Assembly (NCBI GenBank): GCA_052279835.1
Contig: CP181291.1
Span: 4,800,001-4,864,000, forward strand
DNA from: Microcoleus sp.
GTDB lineage: Bacteria > Cyanobacteriota > Cyanobacteriia > Cyanobacteriales > Microcoleaceae
Direction of reading: 5' to 3'
DNA length: 64,000 nt
Positions 1-11,100 of this stretch are shown here, piece by piece. The notes beneath the pieces were generated by a model that had not been told where the DNA came from, searched no databases, and was given only the letters and a program-made list of their open reading frames with translations. A program made the position numbers and the translations under genes. Each line of letters begins with the position of its first letter. Within the stretch, counting starts at the first letter, position 1.

Positions 1-1821
1 AAATCTGTGCGCTTCATCCCGCACCCGACGTAATAATTGTACCCCAGGCTGTTCGGCATCAGTGGGCAGTGGCAAAGATTCCCCCGGTAGAAATATCTCT
101 TCTCGCTGCTTTGCTAAACTCACAACGCGCAACTCTTCTAGCAAATTCATCTCTCGCAAAACTGCTACCACTGCTGAAAGTTGACCTTTCCCTCCATCTA
201 TCATTATTAAGTCTGGTTTGTCAACAATCTCATTATCAACTGTAGATAAACTGCTTATTTCTTCCTTCTTCAATCCTCCCTTGGTGGGGGTAGGGGTGGG
301 TTCTTCTTCTATCCTTCCCTTGGGAGGGGATTCCTTCTTCCCTCGAAAGCGACGACCAAGAACTTCTGCTAAACTAGCAAAATCGTCCGAATGACCTGAT
401 TTTATTTCAGGATTCTTAATTTTGTAGTGGCGGTAGTGTTGATTGGCTGGTAAACCGTCAATAAATACGACGCGGGAAGCTACCGCATCAGAACCTTGAA
501 TGTGAGAAATATCATAACCTTCAATGCGGTGGGGAATTTCGGGCAAATCGAGAATTTCTGCTAAATCTTGCATGGCTTGAGAATTGCGATCGCTCAATCT
601 TTGCATTCTTGCCAATTCATACTCAGCATTGCGTTCTACCATCTCAATTAACTCTGCTTTGGTTTGCCGCTGGGGTGTCAAAATCGTTACTTTTCGCCCC
701 TTGAGGTTGCTCAACCAATCTGCTAGAATTTCCCCTTCTGGCAAGTCATATTGCACTGAAATTTCGCTGGGAATTTCTACAGATTCAACATTTTGATAAT
801 GTTCCTCCAATACCCGCTGCAAAATCGCTCCAGCTTCTACCCCGCCTGGTTCTCCCTGTTGGTAAGGGGGGGAGGAAAGAGAAGATTGAAACAACTCTTG
901 CCCTTCCTTTGCAAGGGCGGGTTGGGGCGGAATCTCTGCCATAAATCCCAATCTTCCGACTAATTGGCCGGCACGAATTTGGAATAGTTGAATGCAAGCG
1001 TGCTGGGTGTCCGCAGCCAGGGCGATCGCATCTCTGGAAACAGTATCATCAGGTAAAGATACTTTTTGACCTGCGCTCAAAGACTGCAAACCTTTAATTT
1101 GGTCTCGAATTCGCGCCGCCATTTCAAAGTTTAAATCTGTCGCTGCTTGTTCCATTTGTGGTTCCAGGATATCCACTAATTCCTGAGTCCTTCCCTGAAA
1201 AATCATCGCTACTTTTTGGATGATTTTGCGATAATCTTCCGCAGATACTAACCCTTGACAAACGCCCACGCAACGGCCGATATCGTAGTTCAAACAAGGA
1301 CGGTCTTTAAAGAGCGGTTGAGGGCGCTGCCGCAGGGGGAAAATCCGCTTGATTAAATGCAGCGTACTCCGCAGCGCGCCTGTATCGACGTAGGGGCCGT
1401 AGTAGCGGTCTTTGGCATTACCTGCGCGGCGTTTGCGGGTGATGAAAATGCGCGGGTATTCTTCTGACCAAGTTATGCACAAATAGGGATATTTTTTATC
1501 ATCTTTGAGGAGGACATTAAAGTAAGGTTGGTGCTGCTTGACAAGGTTTGCTTCTAATGCTAAAGCTTCGGCTTCTGTATCGGTGGCGATGAATTCTATT
1601 TCGCGGACTTGTTGCACCATCATGGCGATGCGGGGACTGAGATTTTGGCTTTCGCGAAAATAGGAACGGACGCGGTTTCTGAGTTTTTTTGATTTGCCGA
1701 TGTAAAGGATGCGATCGCTCTCATCTCGCATTAAATATACACCGGGAACTGGCGGAATTTCTTTGAGGCGACTTTCCAAGCGTTCTGCATCTTTAACTAG
1801 CGGCAGAGTTTTTGAGATCAT
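1..1821 (-). CDS. uvrC: Excinuclease ABC subunit C (3'-partial, runs off the window edge)
   Basis: Manual translation from ATG 1821: [33 protein letters not shown]...[17 protein letters not shown] (GIY-YIG domain), later [12 protein letters not shown]. Absent from the ORF track because the stop lies outside the window. Confidence 0.97.
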   Translation of the reverse strand, partial: MISKTLPLVKDAERLESRLKEIPPVPGVYLMRDESDRILYIGKSKKLRNRVRSYFRESQNLSPRIAMMVQQVREIEFIATDTEAEALALEANLVKQHQPYFNVLLKDDKKYPYLCITWSEEYPRIFITRKRRAGNAKDRYYGPYVDTGALRSTLHLIKRIFPLRQRPQPLFKDRPCLNYDIGRCVGVCQGLVSAEDYRKIIQKVAMIFQGRTQELVDILEPQMEQAATDLNFEMAARIRDQIKGLQSLSAGQKVSLPDDTVSRDAIALAADTQHACIQLFQIRAGQLVGRLGFMAEIPPQPALAKEGQELFQSSLSSPPYQQGEPGGVEAGAILQRVLEEHYQNVESVEIPSEISVQYDLPEGEILADWLSNLKGRKVTILTPQRQTKAELIEMVERNAEYELARMQRLSDRNSQAMQDLAEILDLPEIPHRIEGYDISHIQGSDAVASRVVFIDGLPANQHYRHYKIKNPEIKSGHSDDFASLAEVLGRRFRGKKESPPKGRIEEEPTPTPTKGGLKKEEISSLSTVDNEIVDKPDLIMIDGGKGQLSAVVAVLREMNLLEELRVVSLAKQREEIFLPGESLPLPTDAEQPGVQLLRRVRDEAHRF

Positions 1822-1961
1822 TAGTTATTAGTTATCGGTTATTGGTTATCTTAATAGGAATTTAACTTTGAGGTAGGGGTTTCAACCCATGACGGAATAT
1901 TGTTTGTACGTTAATTTGACATCAATGTCCTATTCCCAATGCCCGATGCCCAATTCCCAAT

Positions 1962-2714
1962 TTATAATATCTGAGATAAAAACTTCCGGGTACGTTCTTC
2001 TTTAGGATTCTGAAAAAACTCTTCTGGGTCTGCTTCTTCGACTAAAACTCCGCCATCCATTAACACAATGCGATCGGCAACTTCACGGGCAAACCCGACT
2101 TCGTGAGTCACCACTACCATTGTAATTCCTGTTTTAGCTAAATTTCGCATCACATCTAAAACTTCTCGTACCATTTCTGGATCTAATGCTGATGTCGGTT
2201 CGTCAAACAGCATGATTTTAGGCTGCATCGCCAAAGAACGGGCAATTGCTACCCGCTGCTGTTGTCCCCCAGAAAGTTGTCCCGGATATTTTTGTGCTTG
2301 CGACAAAATCCCGACTCTTTCTAACAGTTGCATGGCTATTTCTTCAGCTTTTTTCTTCGGCCAGCGGCGCACCCAGACGGGGGCTAGCATGACGTTTTGC
2401 AATACTGATAGATGGGGAAACAGGTTGAATTGCTGAAATACCATTCCTACTTCCCGGCGAATTGTTTCGATGTTGCGTAAATCGTGGGAAAGTTCGATGC
2501 CGTCGATCGTAATTTTACCTTGTTGGTATTCTTCTAAGGCGTTAAAGGTGCGAATAAATGTGGATTTTCCCGAACCGGATGGACCCATGACGACGACGAC
2601 TTCGCCTCGGTTGACGTTCATGCTGACACCGCGCAGTACGTGAAATTGTCCGTACCATTTGTGGACGCTTTCTGCAATGATTACTGGTTCTGGGCTTGTT
2701 TGCTGAGTTTCCAT
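1962..2714 (-). CDS. bgtA: Polar amino-acid ABC transporter ATP-binding subunit
   Basis: Walker [17 protein letters not shown] signature, DEPTSALD; last gene of a natFGH-type operon. Confidence 0.9.
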   Translation of the reverse strand: METQQTSPEPVIIAESVHKWYGQFHVLRGVSMNVNRGEVVVVMGPSGSGKSTFIRTFNALEEYQQGKITIDGIELSHDLRNIETIRREVGMVFQQFNLFPHLSVLQNVMLAPVWVRRWPKKKAEEIAMQLLERVGILSQAQKYPGQLSGGQQQRVAIARSLAMQPKIMLFDEPTSALDPEMVREVLDVMRNLAKTGITMVVVTHEVGFAREVADRIVLMDGGVLVEEADPEEFFQNPKEERTRKFLSQIL

Positions 2715-2776
2715 AATTTTTTTATTTTTTAACCGCTGATGCTAGCTGATACACGCGGATGAACGCAGATAAATAT

Positions 2777-4006
2777 TTACCGCTGACCTACTCCCAAACT
2801 TCGCTCTATTTTGCGGCTGGCTAGAGACATTGAGTAACAAAATACCCAATAGATAATGCCTATGAATATGTAAACTTCGGCGTACCTGCCAATATAGGAT
2901 GGATTTGCTAAAACTGCGCGGGATATGCCAATTAATTCTAACATTCCGAATAGGGAAAGTAGGGAGGTGTCCATGAATAATCCGATGAATTGTCCGCCGA
3001 TCGCCGGAATGACGGTTCGCAATGCTTGAGGGAGTACAATTAAGAGTGTGAGTAGAGGTGTATTTAGCCCGATCGCCCTTGCTGCTTCTATTTGTCCTCT
3101 GGGTACTGCCTGCAAACCGCCACGGACGTTTTCAGCTAAGTATGCTGCACTAAATAATGTTAATCCAGCAATGGCTCTAATGACTCTATCTAATTTGGGA
3201 TATTCTGGCGGCAAGAAGAGTTGCAGCATGACTTGACCTAAAAACAAAATGCCAATTAACGGCAAACCCCGAATAATTTCAATGTATAATGTGGATAAAA
3301 GTTTTACAACTGGTAAAGAGCTTTGTCTGCCGAGGGCTAGCAATACTCCCAAAGGAAAAGAAAGCACTATACTAATTACTGCTAAAAAAAGCGTCAATAC
3401 TAAACCGCCCCAATCGTTTGTCGAGACTTCTTTCAAGCCTAAACCGCCTTTAATTAACCACAAAATTAGTGGGAATGAAACAGCCCAAGCTGCGGGCATC
3501 CAGTTAATTCCCCTCAGCTCCCCCTTCTGGGGCGAGGGCGGGTTGGGGTTCATTTGTCTACCCACAAAATAGCTGGCAGCGGCTATGATAATATCTCCTA
3601 GCAAGTAAAGCCGGGAGGTAAGGTCGATCGGCGAAATTACCGCGCCGACAACCCCAGCACCGAGTAAAATCAGTAATGGCGGATTCCACAGCCTTTCTTG
3701 GCGCTGAATGTTTCCCCAAGTTAAGCCTGCTAGCAAGGTAATTATTCCGGTTACTATCCACAGCCGCCAATAGGATTCGCTGGGAAATCTGCCGACAAAA
3801 AATAGCGGCAAATTAGCTTCTAATACCCGCCATTGAGCTTTTGTAGTTGCCCAAACGATAATTCCGGTAATGACTTGGAAACTAACAATCAGACAAATCA
3901 CTGTCAAAATGCTGTTGTACCAGGTACTAAATAAATTTTTACGGGCCCAATTTCCCGGAGTGGGTGATTCGGCGGCTGGGGGCGGCAATACGGGGAGAGT
4001 TTCCAT
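2777..4006 (-). CDS. natH: Amino-acid ABC transporter permease (AapM/NatH-like)
   Basis: Multiple TM segments, AENVRGGLQAVPRGQIEAARAIG EAA loop, WARKNLFSTWYNS N-terminus. Confidence 0.88.
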   Translation of the reverse strand: METLPVLPPPAAESPTPGNWARKNLFSTWYNSILTVICLIVSFQVITGIIVWATTKAQWRVLEANLPLFFVGRFPSESYWRLWIVTGIITLLAGLTWGNIQRQERLWNPPLLILLGAGVVGAVISPIDLTSRLYLLGDIIIAAASYFVGRQMNPNPPSPQKGELRGINWMPAAWAVSFPLILWLIKGGLGLKEVSTNDWGGLVLTLFLAVISIVLSFPLGVLLALGRQSSLPVVKLLSTLYIEIIRGLPLIGILFLGQVMLQLFLPPEYPKLDRVIRAIAGLTLFSAAYLAENVRGGLQAVPRGQIEAARAIGLNTPLLTLLIVLPQALRTVIPAIGGQFIGLFMDTSLLSLFGMLELIGISRAVLANPSYIGRYAEVYIFIGIIYWVFCYSMSLASRKIERSLGVGQR

Positions 4007-4096
4007 ATAGCGTTTTTCAATCCTATATTGTGTTAAGCGGCTTTCGGCGGGTTTTGTTTATGTAGACGCGATGGGAAATCGCCACGGAAAAAAAAC

Positions 4097-4618
4097 TTAT
4101 TTTCGCCGATTTATCCAATCTTCCCCACCAGGTAACTGACTTAAATACTCGGCTAACACTGCTGGTAAATCTTTGGCAGAATGGATATAAGTCAAGTTCA
4201 ATAACTTCACAGCAGTCTGAATAATCAGGTTTCTATTCATCATCTCTGCAAGTTGAAATTGAGTATAATCGCCGTTGAATACTTCCTCCGCAGCCTCTGC
4301 AATCGCATCCTCAATCACCTCCTCTTCTATGAAATTAACCCATTCATCAGAATTGATATAATAAGATGTTTTATTATCTTTAATGTTTACCTTTTTAATT
4401 TCTCTAATTGAATTCCGAATCGAACTTGCCCAAGAACCTGTTAATCGCTGTTCAACTTGATTTTTAATCAAGTGAATCAGCAAAACATTTAAAAAAGATT
4501 GGATTTGACGCAAAATTGCTTGTTTGCTCATGCCATCTAACTCATCGACAATTGCCAAAGCATCTGTATACCTTCCTGCCAATATGCTAGCTCTAAGAGC
4601 GATTAATTCTTGTGTCAT
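4097..4618 (-). CDS. DUF29-family protein
   Basis: IQSFLNVLLIHLIKNQ...SWASSIRNSIREI pattern; AAGGAG 10 nt before ATG 4618. Confidence 0.75.
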   Translation of the reverse strand: MTQELIALRASILAGRYTDALAIVDELDGMSKQAILRQIQSFLNVLLIHLIKNQVEQRLTGSWASSIRNSIREIKKVNIKDNKTSYYINSDEWVNFIEEEVIEDAIAEAAEEVFNGDYTQFQLAEMMNRNLIIQTAVKLLNLTYIHSAKDLPAVLAEYLSQLPGGEDWINRRK

Positions 4619-4668
4619 TCGACCCACTCTCCTTGGATTCCCAGTAAAATAATTTTAATTTAAACTCG

Positions 4669-5829
4669 TTATCTTTCCTTGAGTTGTACAGTTTGATTGT
4701 ACCAATTCATAAATAGAGAAATGATTAAGCTAATAGTGAGATATGTTACCATGATAATTAACATGGCTTCGATCGCCCTTCCGGTTTGATTCAGGGTTGG
4801 GGAAGCCACCACAAAGTAAACGTCGGGATAGGCGATCGCCACTGCTAAACTAGAATTCTTAGCTAAATTCAAATACTGGCTGGTTAACGGCGGAATAATT
4901 ACCCGCAAAGCTTGAGGCAAAATTATCAACCGCATCATGGTTCCAGATTTCAATCCCAAAGACTTCGCTGCTTCCATCTGCCCTCTTGGGACTGATTGAA
5001 TTCCGGCGCGGACAATTTCGGCAATGTAACTTCCAGTATACAAGCTGAGTCCTGTCACTAGGGCTGCAAATTCTGGAGTTAATTTCAATCCTCCTTCCAG
5101 TTGCAATTCTGGTGTGAGACGGGGAACATCTAAGCGAAAAGGCAGATTTTTGGTAATAATCAAAGCTGAGATTGCACTTAGAGCGATCGCACTTAATGCC
5201 CAAAGCAACTGTCTTCCTGGCTGCGCTTGTTCTATCATAACGCGGGCGCGCCACTGCCACAGAAAAGCCGCCGCCAAAACTCCGATAGTTAGCAAAATCA
5301 ACCAAATTTCAAAACCAGGCAAAGTCGCCAGCCAAGGCAGTGCAATACCGCGATTTGTCAAGTACACTGGGCCACTCATCTGCTGATTTTCTTCCAGCTT
5401 GGGTAGGGAAATGAAGACTGCAAAATACCAAAAAAATAATTGCAGCAACAACGGTGTATTGCGGATAATTTCTACATATAATCCTGCTAAACTTCGCAGC
5501 AACCAGTTGTCAGAAAGCCGCGAGATTCCTACAGTCAAACCTGCAATGGTTGCTAGAACTATACCAATTACCATCACTCGCAATGAGTTAACCAAACCGA
5601 CAATATAAGCTTGTTTATAACTATTTTCTGGATTGTAAGCAATTACTTTTTCACCAATATCAAAGGATGCTTGGGAATTGAGGAAGTCAAATCCGAAGGC
5701 GATGCCTAGTTGTGAATAATTGGCGCTGAGATTATCCCATAAAATTGCACCGACAACTATTACTAAAATTAGGGCGATCGCCTGTCCTGCAATTTTCCAA
5801 AACCGATCGTCTCTCAGCAGTTTAATCAT
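4669..5829 (-). CDS. natG: Amino-acid ABC transporter permease (AapQ/NatG-like)
   Basis: RNTPLLLQLFFWY, AEIVRAGIQSVPRGQMEAA, NLAKNSSLAVAI. Confidence 0.88.
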   Translation of the reverse strand: MIKLLRDDRFWKIAGQAIALILVIVVGAILWDNLSANYSQLGIAFGFDFLNSQASFDIGEKVIAYNPENSYKQAYIVGLVNSLRVMVIGIVLATIAGLTVGISRLSDNWLLRSLAGLYVEIIRNTPLLLQLFFWYFAVFISLPKLEENQQMSGPVYLTNRGIALPWLATLPGFEIWLILLTIGVLAAAFLWQWRARVMIEQAQPGRQLLWALSAIALSAISALIITKNLPFRLDVPRLTPELQLEGGLKLTPEFAALVTGLSLYTGSYIAEIVRAGIQSVPRGQMEAAKSLGLKSGTMMRLIILPQALRVIIPPLTSQYLNLAKNSSLAVAIAYPDVYFVVASPTLNQTGRAIEAMLIIMVTYLTISLIISLFMNWYNQTVQLKER

Positions 5830-5891
5830 ATTGGTTATTTGTTATTGGTTATTTGTTGTTTGTTATTTGTTGTTTGTTGTTTTTTATGGGT

Positions 5892-5991
5892 TATATTGTT
5901 GAACGTTGCATCGGAATGATTTAACCGCAGAGAACACAGAGGAAGAGAATAGAGAGATGAATTATTCAGATGAACAGAATATTTGATATTA
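5892..5991. mobile_element. Degenerate MITE-like repeat (same family as 24736-24840), within heptamer repeats
   Basis: Shares ATCGGAATGAT..AACC.CAGAGAACACAGAGG and the ATTTGATATTA end with the copy at 24.7 kb. Confidence 0.65.
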
Positions 5992-6136
5992 GGGGTTATT
6001 TGTTATTGGCTGGGTCGCTCACACAGTCGAAGGGTTATTGATTATTGGTTGTTAGTTGTTAGTGATTTTACCAATCACTAATGACTAATGACTGCTGACT
6101 AATAACCAATAACCAATAACCAATAACTGACAAAAA

Positions 6137-7240
6137 TTAGCGGAACGGTGGCGAGTACATCAAACCTCCATCTTTCCAGAGTTTGTTTTGACCCCGGTCT
6201 AGTTTGAGTGTACTTTTGGGCCCGATATTGCGATCGTACATTTCGCCATAATTGCCCACTTTTTTCACAATGCGAGCAGCGTAGTCGTTCGGGAGTCCTA
6301 AACCTTTACCCAAATCTCCTTCTTTTCCTAGCAAACGTTTGACGTTGGGGTCTGTACTGCTGGCTACAATTTGGTCTACATTTGTGGAATTAATGCCCAA
6401 ATCTTCCGCTTCTATCGCTGCAAAAATGATCCACCTCACCGCATCTGACCATTTAGGATCGCCGCTTTTTACGGCTGGGGCTAAAGGTTCTTTTGACATC
6501 ACTTCTGGCAAAATCACGTTGTTTTCGGAAGTGGGTAGAGTGGTGCGTTTGGAGACAAGTTGCGATCGATCGGCTGTGACTCCCTGACAGCGGCCTTCTT
6601 GATAGGTAGCAAAGGTAGCATTCACATCTTCAAAAACGACTGGAGTGTATTTAACTCCCAATTTTCGCATTTGGTCGGATAAGTTTTGTTCGGTACTGGT
6701 ACCTGTTTGGACGCAGATGGATTTACCTGCAAAATCTTTTAAGCTCTTAATACCGCTGTCTTTTTTGACCATGATGCTTTGAGAGTCATAAAAGATGACA
6801 GGGGCAAATTCGAGCCCGGTGGTGCTGTCGCGACTGACTGTGTAGGTGGTGTTGCGACTGAGAATGTCTATTTCCCCCGCTTGCAAAACTGTAAATCTTT
6901 CTTTGGCGTTGAGATTGCGGTATTCTACTTTCTCAGGATCGTCAAATATTGCGGCCGCGATCGCTCTGCATACATCTACATCTAATCCTGAATATTTACC
7001 CTTTTCATCTACAAAGCTAAAACCCGGTAGTTGGCCACTGACTCCACAAATTAGTTTTCCACGACTCAGAATCGTATCTATCCGACTTTGCCCTTGTTGC
7101 GATTTGCCTTCGGTAGCAGTTGTTTGTGCTGCTTGTCCGGTTTGTGGTGTTTGTCCTGTTTGTAGCGATCGATCCCTACAAGCTGTCAATGGTAACACCA
7201 TTAACATAGTTGCCCACAACAGAAATTTCCATTTACGCAT
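6137..7240 (-). CDS. natF: Amino-acid ABC transporter substrate-binding lipoprotein (AapJ/NatF-like)
   Basis: Lipobox LTAC after start MRKWKF; GLDVDVCRAIAAA, SKEPLAP, GGLMYSPPFR. Confidence 0.9.
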   Translation of the reverse strand: MRKWKFLLWATMLMVLPLTACRDRSLQTGQTPQTGQAAQTTATEGKSQQGQSRIDTILSRGKLICGVSGQLPGFSFVDEKGKYSGLDVDVCRAIAAAIFDDPEKVEYRNLNAKERFTVLQAGEIDILSRNTTYTVSRDSTTGLEFAPVIFYDSQSIMVKKDSGIKSLKDFAGKSICVQTGTSTEQNLSDQMRKLGVKYTPVVFEDVNATFATYQEGRCQGVTADRSQLVSKRTTLPTSENNVILPEVMSKEPLAPAVKSGDPKWSDAVRWIIFAAIEAEDLGINSTNVDQIVASSTDPNVKRLLGKEGDLGKGLGLPNDYAARIVKKVGNYGEMYDRNIGPKSTLKLDRGQNKLWKDGGLMYSPPFR

Positions 7241-7556
7241 AGGTTTTAGTAGAACGCTTTCCTGACAATCGTACCTTGTCGCTGACGATAACTGTGGTCG
7301 ATCGCACCTCATACTAAATTTGCGTTAAGAACCCCTATTTATCCAGGATGAGAGGGTGGATAAATTAGCGCGATCGACCAAAAAGGCGGTGCATCACCGG
7401 GATTTGCTATCACTGAAAATTCTAGCTTCAGAATCGGCTGTTTGCGCCCGGAATTGCACAGCGCTAGCCCAGGGACAACCCGCTGGTGATTTTTTTGGCT
7501 TGAAGAGCGATCGCCCCCTTTCCCGGTAATATTTATACGATCCCGATTCAAGAGAA

Positions 7557-7784
7557 TCACAATAGCTCAGGGGCTAGTCGCTGCTCTGCTAAATCGCGGA
7601 TGAGAGAAAGCCGAGACTGGATGTACTCATCTAACACATCTGCTTCTTTACCATTAAGCGCAGAGTTCATCTTCAACTGTTTGAGTAACCACTGTACCAA
7701 GGTGGCATCATCCAAAGTTACCAACAGAGTGGCTTGGCTGGTTTCAATTACTGACCAGAGTTGACGTAACATGACTGGAGTCAT
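7557..7784 (-). CDS. Conserved small cyanobacterial hypothetical protein
   Basis: MTPVMLRQLWSVIETSQ...; AAGGAG upstream of ATG 7784. Confidence 0.75.
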   Translation of the reverse strand: MTPVMLRQLWSVIETSQATLLVTLDDATLVQWLLKQLKMNSALNGKEADVLDEYIQSRLSLIRDLAEQRLAPELL

Positions 7785-8117
7785 AAAATCTCCTTGAGGG
7801 TGAATACCCCTTAGATGGGCGGGCATAACGAGAAGTTGGTCTTCGTGTTTGGAGCCGATAGACGAAAAGCACCTTAAGAGCGATCGACTTAATGATTATT
7901 TTATATTTCACCACAATAACTCAAAAGAGTAGTGTCCAGGGCTACAACATACAAGACGTTATAAGACTGTCAAATCTCTTGACATATAAATAAAAATATT
8001 GATTAAACTTTAAAAAAATTTACATGAACTCCCGCGTGAGGCAGGGCTGTTTCATTCTCTTGTAGTGGCAGCTCATAGTGGCTGACCCGATAGATGGTCA
8101 AATCTAAGATTTAATCT

Positions 8118-11100
8118 CTAAAATCCATTGACAGCACTGAGCTTTTGAAAACCAGCCAGAATCACCTCTAATTCAGCAATCAGGGAAGCAGCGCCTTCGA
8201 CATCCTCTGGCTGTGATTCGGCGCGATGTTGAAGTTGGGCAGCAATCTCAGGCATTAACCGCACCGCAGCCGTAGCGCTGACACCCTTAATTTGGTGAGC
8301 ATAGCGCCCTAGGGCTTCGGCATTTCCCGCGGCGAGGGCTTGTTTAGCAGATTCTAAATAATTGCTAGTATCAACCACAAAAGCTTCTAATATCTCCCGT
8401 TCAAACTCTAAATCAGCCCCAGTAATTTCGTGCAAATGTTCGACATCTACTAAAGATTCTAGATCGAGTTTTATCTCTGTTTTTAGCTCCTTAGCAGAAG
8501 TCGGTGAATTGTCAATATTAGATGTTTGATGCTTAATTCTTAACTGGGCAGACCATTTTTCTAGTACAGCTTTTAACTTTTCCATCGAAATTGGCTTGCT
8601 GATATAATCATCCATGCCAGCGGCCAGACACTTTTCTCGATCGCCCTTCAAAGCATTGGCAGTCATCGCAATCACCACTGTCTGTTGGTGTGGCTGCATC
8701 TCACCAGAGCCAATGGCTGCGGCTTCGAGGCGACGCAATCGAGCAGTAGCTTCATAACCGTCTAAAACTGGCATTTGACAATCCATTAACACAATATCAT
8801 ACTTCTGGAGCGCCACCATAGATAAAGCCTCTTCACCGTTATTAGCCACATCGGCCGCACCTCCCAAAACTCTCATTTGATTCAGACAAACTTTTTGATT
8901 AATGGGAGTATCTTCCACTAACAAAATCTTCAAGTTAGCTAACTCCTGTTGTTTAGCAACTAATTCTCCATCGACAGTACCTGTGGCCATGGAATTTGCC
9001 TCCTCTTCCTTCACTACCGCATCAGGGGCGATCGCCTTTACCAAACATTCCAACACCCGATGAGTTTTGACAGGTTTAATTAAGTAACCACTAAAACCTG
9101 CATTCAATAAGCGTTGTGCCTCTTCTATCTGAACCACAGAAGTCAAAACTACCCACTTAGTTTGCTGCATTGCTGACTCAGAAATAATTAAACGTTCCAG
9201 ACTTCCTCGGACCATTTCTGGTAACTGAATATCAACCAAAGCAATATCAATGGGGCTATTTTGGCTGATAGCTTTGTACAAAGAGGCGATCGCCATCCAG
9301 CCACTATCAGCTTCCTGAACTTCCATTCCCCAAACCACAGCCATTCTCCGCAGCATTTCTCGCACCGGCGACTTATCGCTAGCCACCAAGATTTTTTTAC
9401 CCGCCAGCATTTTTTGCAAATTCACTTCGGCAGCCGTCGCTGTAGGAGTTACCATCTCCTTAATAGCAGGTAAACTAAACCAAAAAGTCGAACCAGCACC
9501 GGGGGTACTTTCGACACCAATTTCACCGCCACTCAACTCCACCAACTGTTTGCAAATTGCCAGTCCCAAACCAGTGCCTCCATACTTTCTAGTAGTAGAA
9601 GCATCAACTTGAGTAAAAGATTGAAATAGTTTTTTCTGATCTTCTGGATAAATACCAATCCCACTATCTTTAATTTTAAATATCAAATATTGTTCCCTTT
9701 CTACTCCCAAAACTAACGGTTGTCTCTCCTCAGTTTTTTGGGGAATTATGGTTGTCAATAAACCTTTCTGACTCGAAATAGATACCTCAATTATGACTTC
9801 TCCTCCCTCGGTAAATTTAATAGCATTATTTATCAAATTAGTAAGAATTTGACGCAACCTTACCGCATCACCTTTAATTTGTAACGGTACATCTCTGTCA
9901 ATCAAAGCTACCAATTCTATATCTTTTTGTTGTGCAGGAGTTGCCAACAACTCCAAGACTTCCTCCAGACAGATACTGACATTAAATCCTATAGTTTCCA
10001 ATCGCATTTCTCCAGCTTCCAGTTTCGAGAGGTCAAGAATATCATTAATGATTGACAGCAGATTTTGACCACTAACTTTCAATGTCTGCATAAAGTCAAG
10101 TTGTTCGGGAGTCAGATTAGTTTTCAATAGCAAATCAGTCATTCCCATCACCCCATTCATGGGAGTCCGAATTTCGTGACTCATATTGGCTAAAAATAGC
10201 GACTTCATCCGAGACGCTTCTAGTGCAGCTTCCCGTGCTTGTTGGGCTTGTTCAAACAGAGTAGATTGCTGAATGGCGATCGCCAACTGTACGCTCAATC
10301 TACCCAACAAATCCACCTCAGAAGCAGTCCAAGCGCGACAATTGCTGCACTGGTGAGCAACCAGCAATCCCCACAATCGATTTTGACTCGTTTCTAAAAT
10401 CCCTTCCTGCAAGCCTGTCTGGGGATTTTTAGAAAAGACTTGCGTGGTTAACTCCTGATTTTCATCAGCGATGAAAATAGGGACAACTAAATTAGCCCTT
10501 ACTTGCAAAGTAGCTAAAAAAGCCCGATGAGTTTCACTCAATTCGGCAGTATAAACATCTTCAATAGCTTGAATTTTTCCAGCCATGTACATCGCTTTGT
10601 AACTCTCACCAAAACAATTGTCTTGAAGCTTTCTGCCCAGCATTGGCATCCAATCATCGCCTACAGATTCAACCACCACCACTCCGGTTTTATTTGATTC
10701 AAAACGGTAAATTACAGTGCGGTCAGTTGCTAGTAATTGTCGAATTTCTTGGACAGCAGTGTTAAGAGTTTGAGTGAGGTTAAGAGACTGGCGAACCCGC
10801 TGAGCCACCGCCGACACCAACCGTTCCTGTTCTGCTTGTTGCCGGAGCATTCTTTCGGCTTTCTTGCGTTCAGTGACATCGCGAATTACCGTAGCAAAAC
10901 ACAGTGGTTCTCTGTTCTTCGGGTGTTTCACCAGAAAAACGTTCATCAAAGCATCAAAGCGTTTACCGCTGTGTAAATGTTGCAGTATACCTTCTCCTTG
11001 CCACTGTCCCTGAGTGCGAATTTTTGGCAAAATCTCTTGAATAAACTTCTGTTGAAAACCGACACCGATATAATCCCAAATCTCTGTATAGAGAGCTTGA

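Noticed and set aside
7932..7945. NtcA box (GTA-N8-CAC on the minus strand)
   Set aside because: One mismatch in the core and no -10 element at the canonical distance; likely chance
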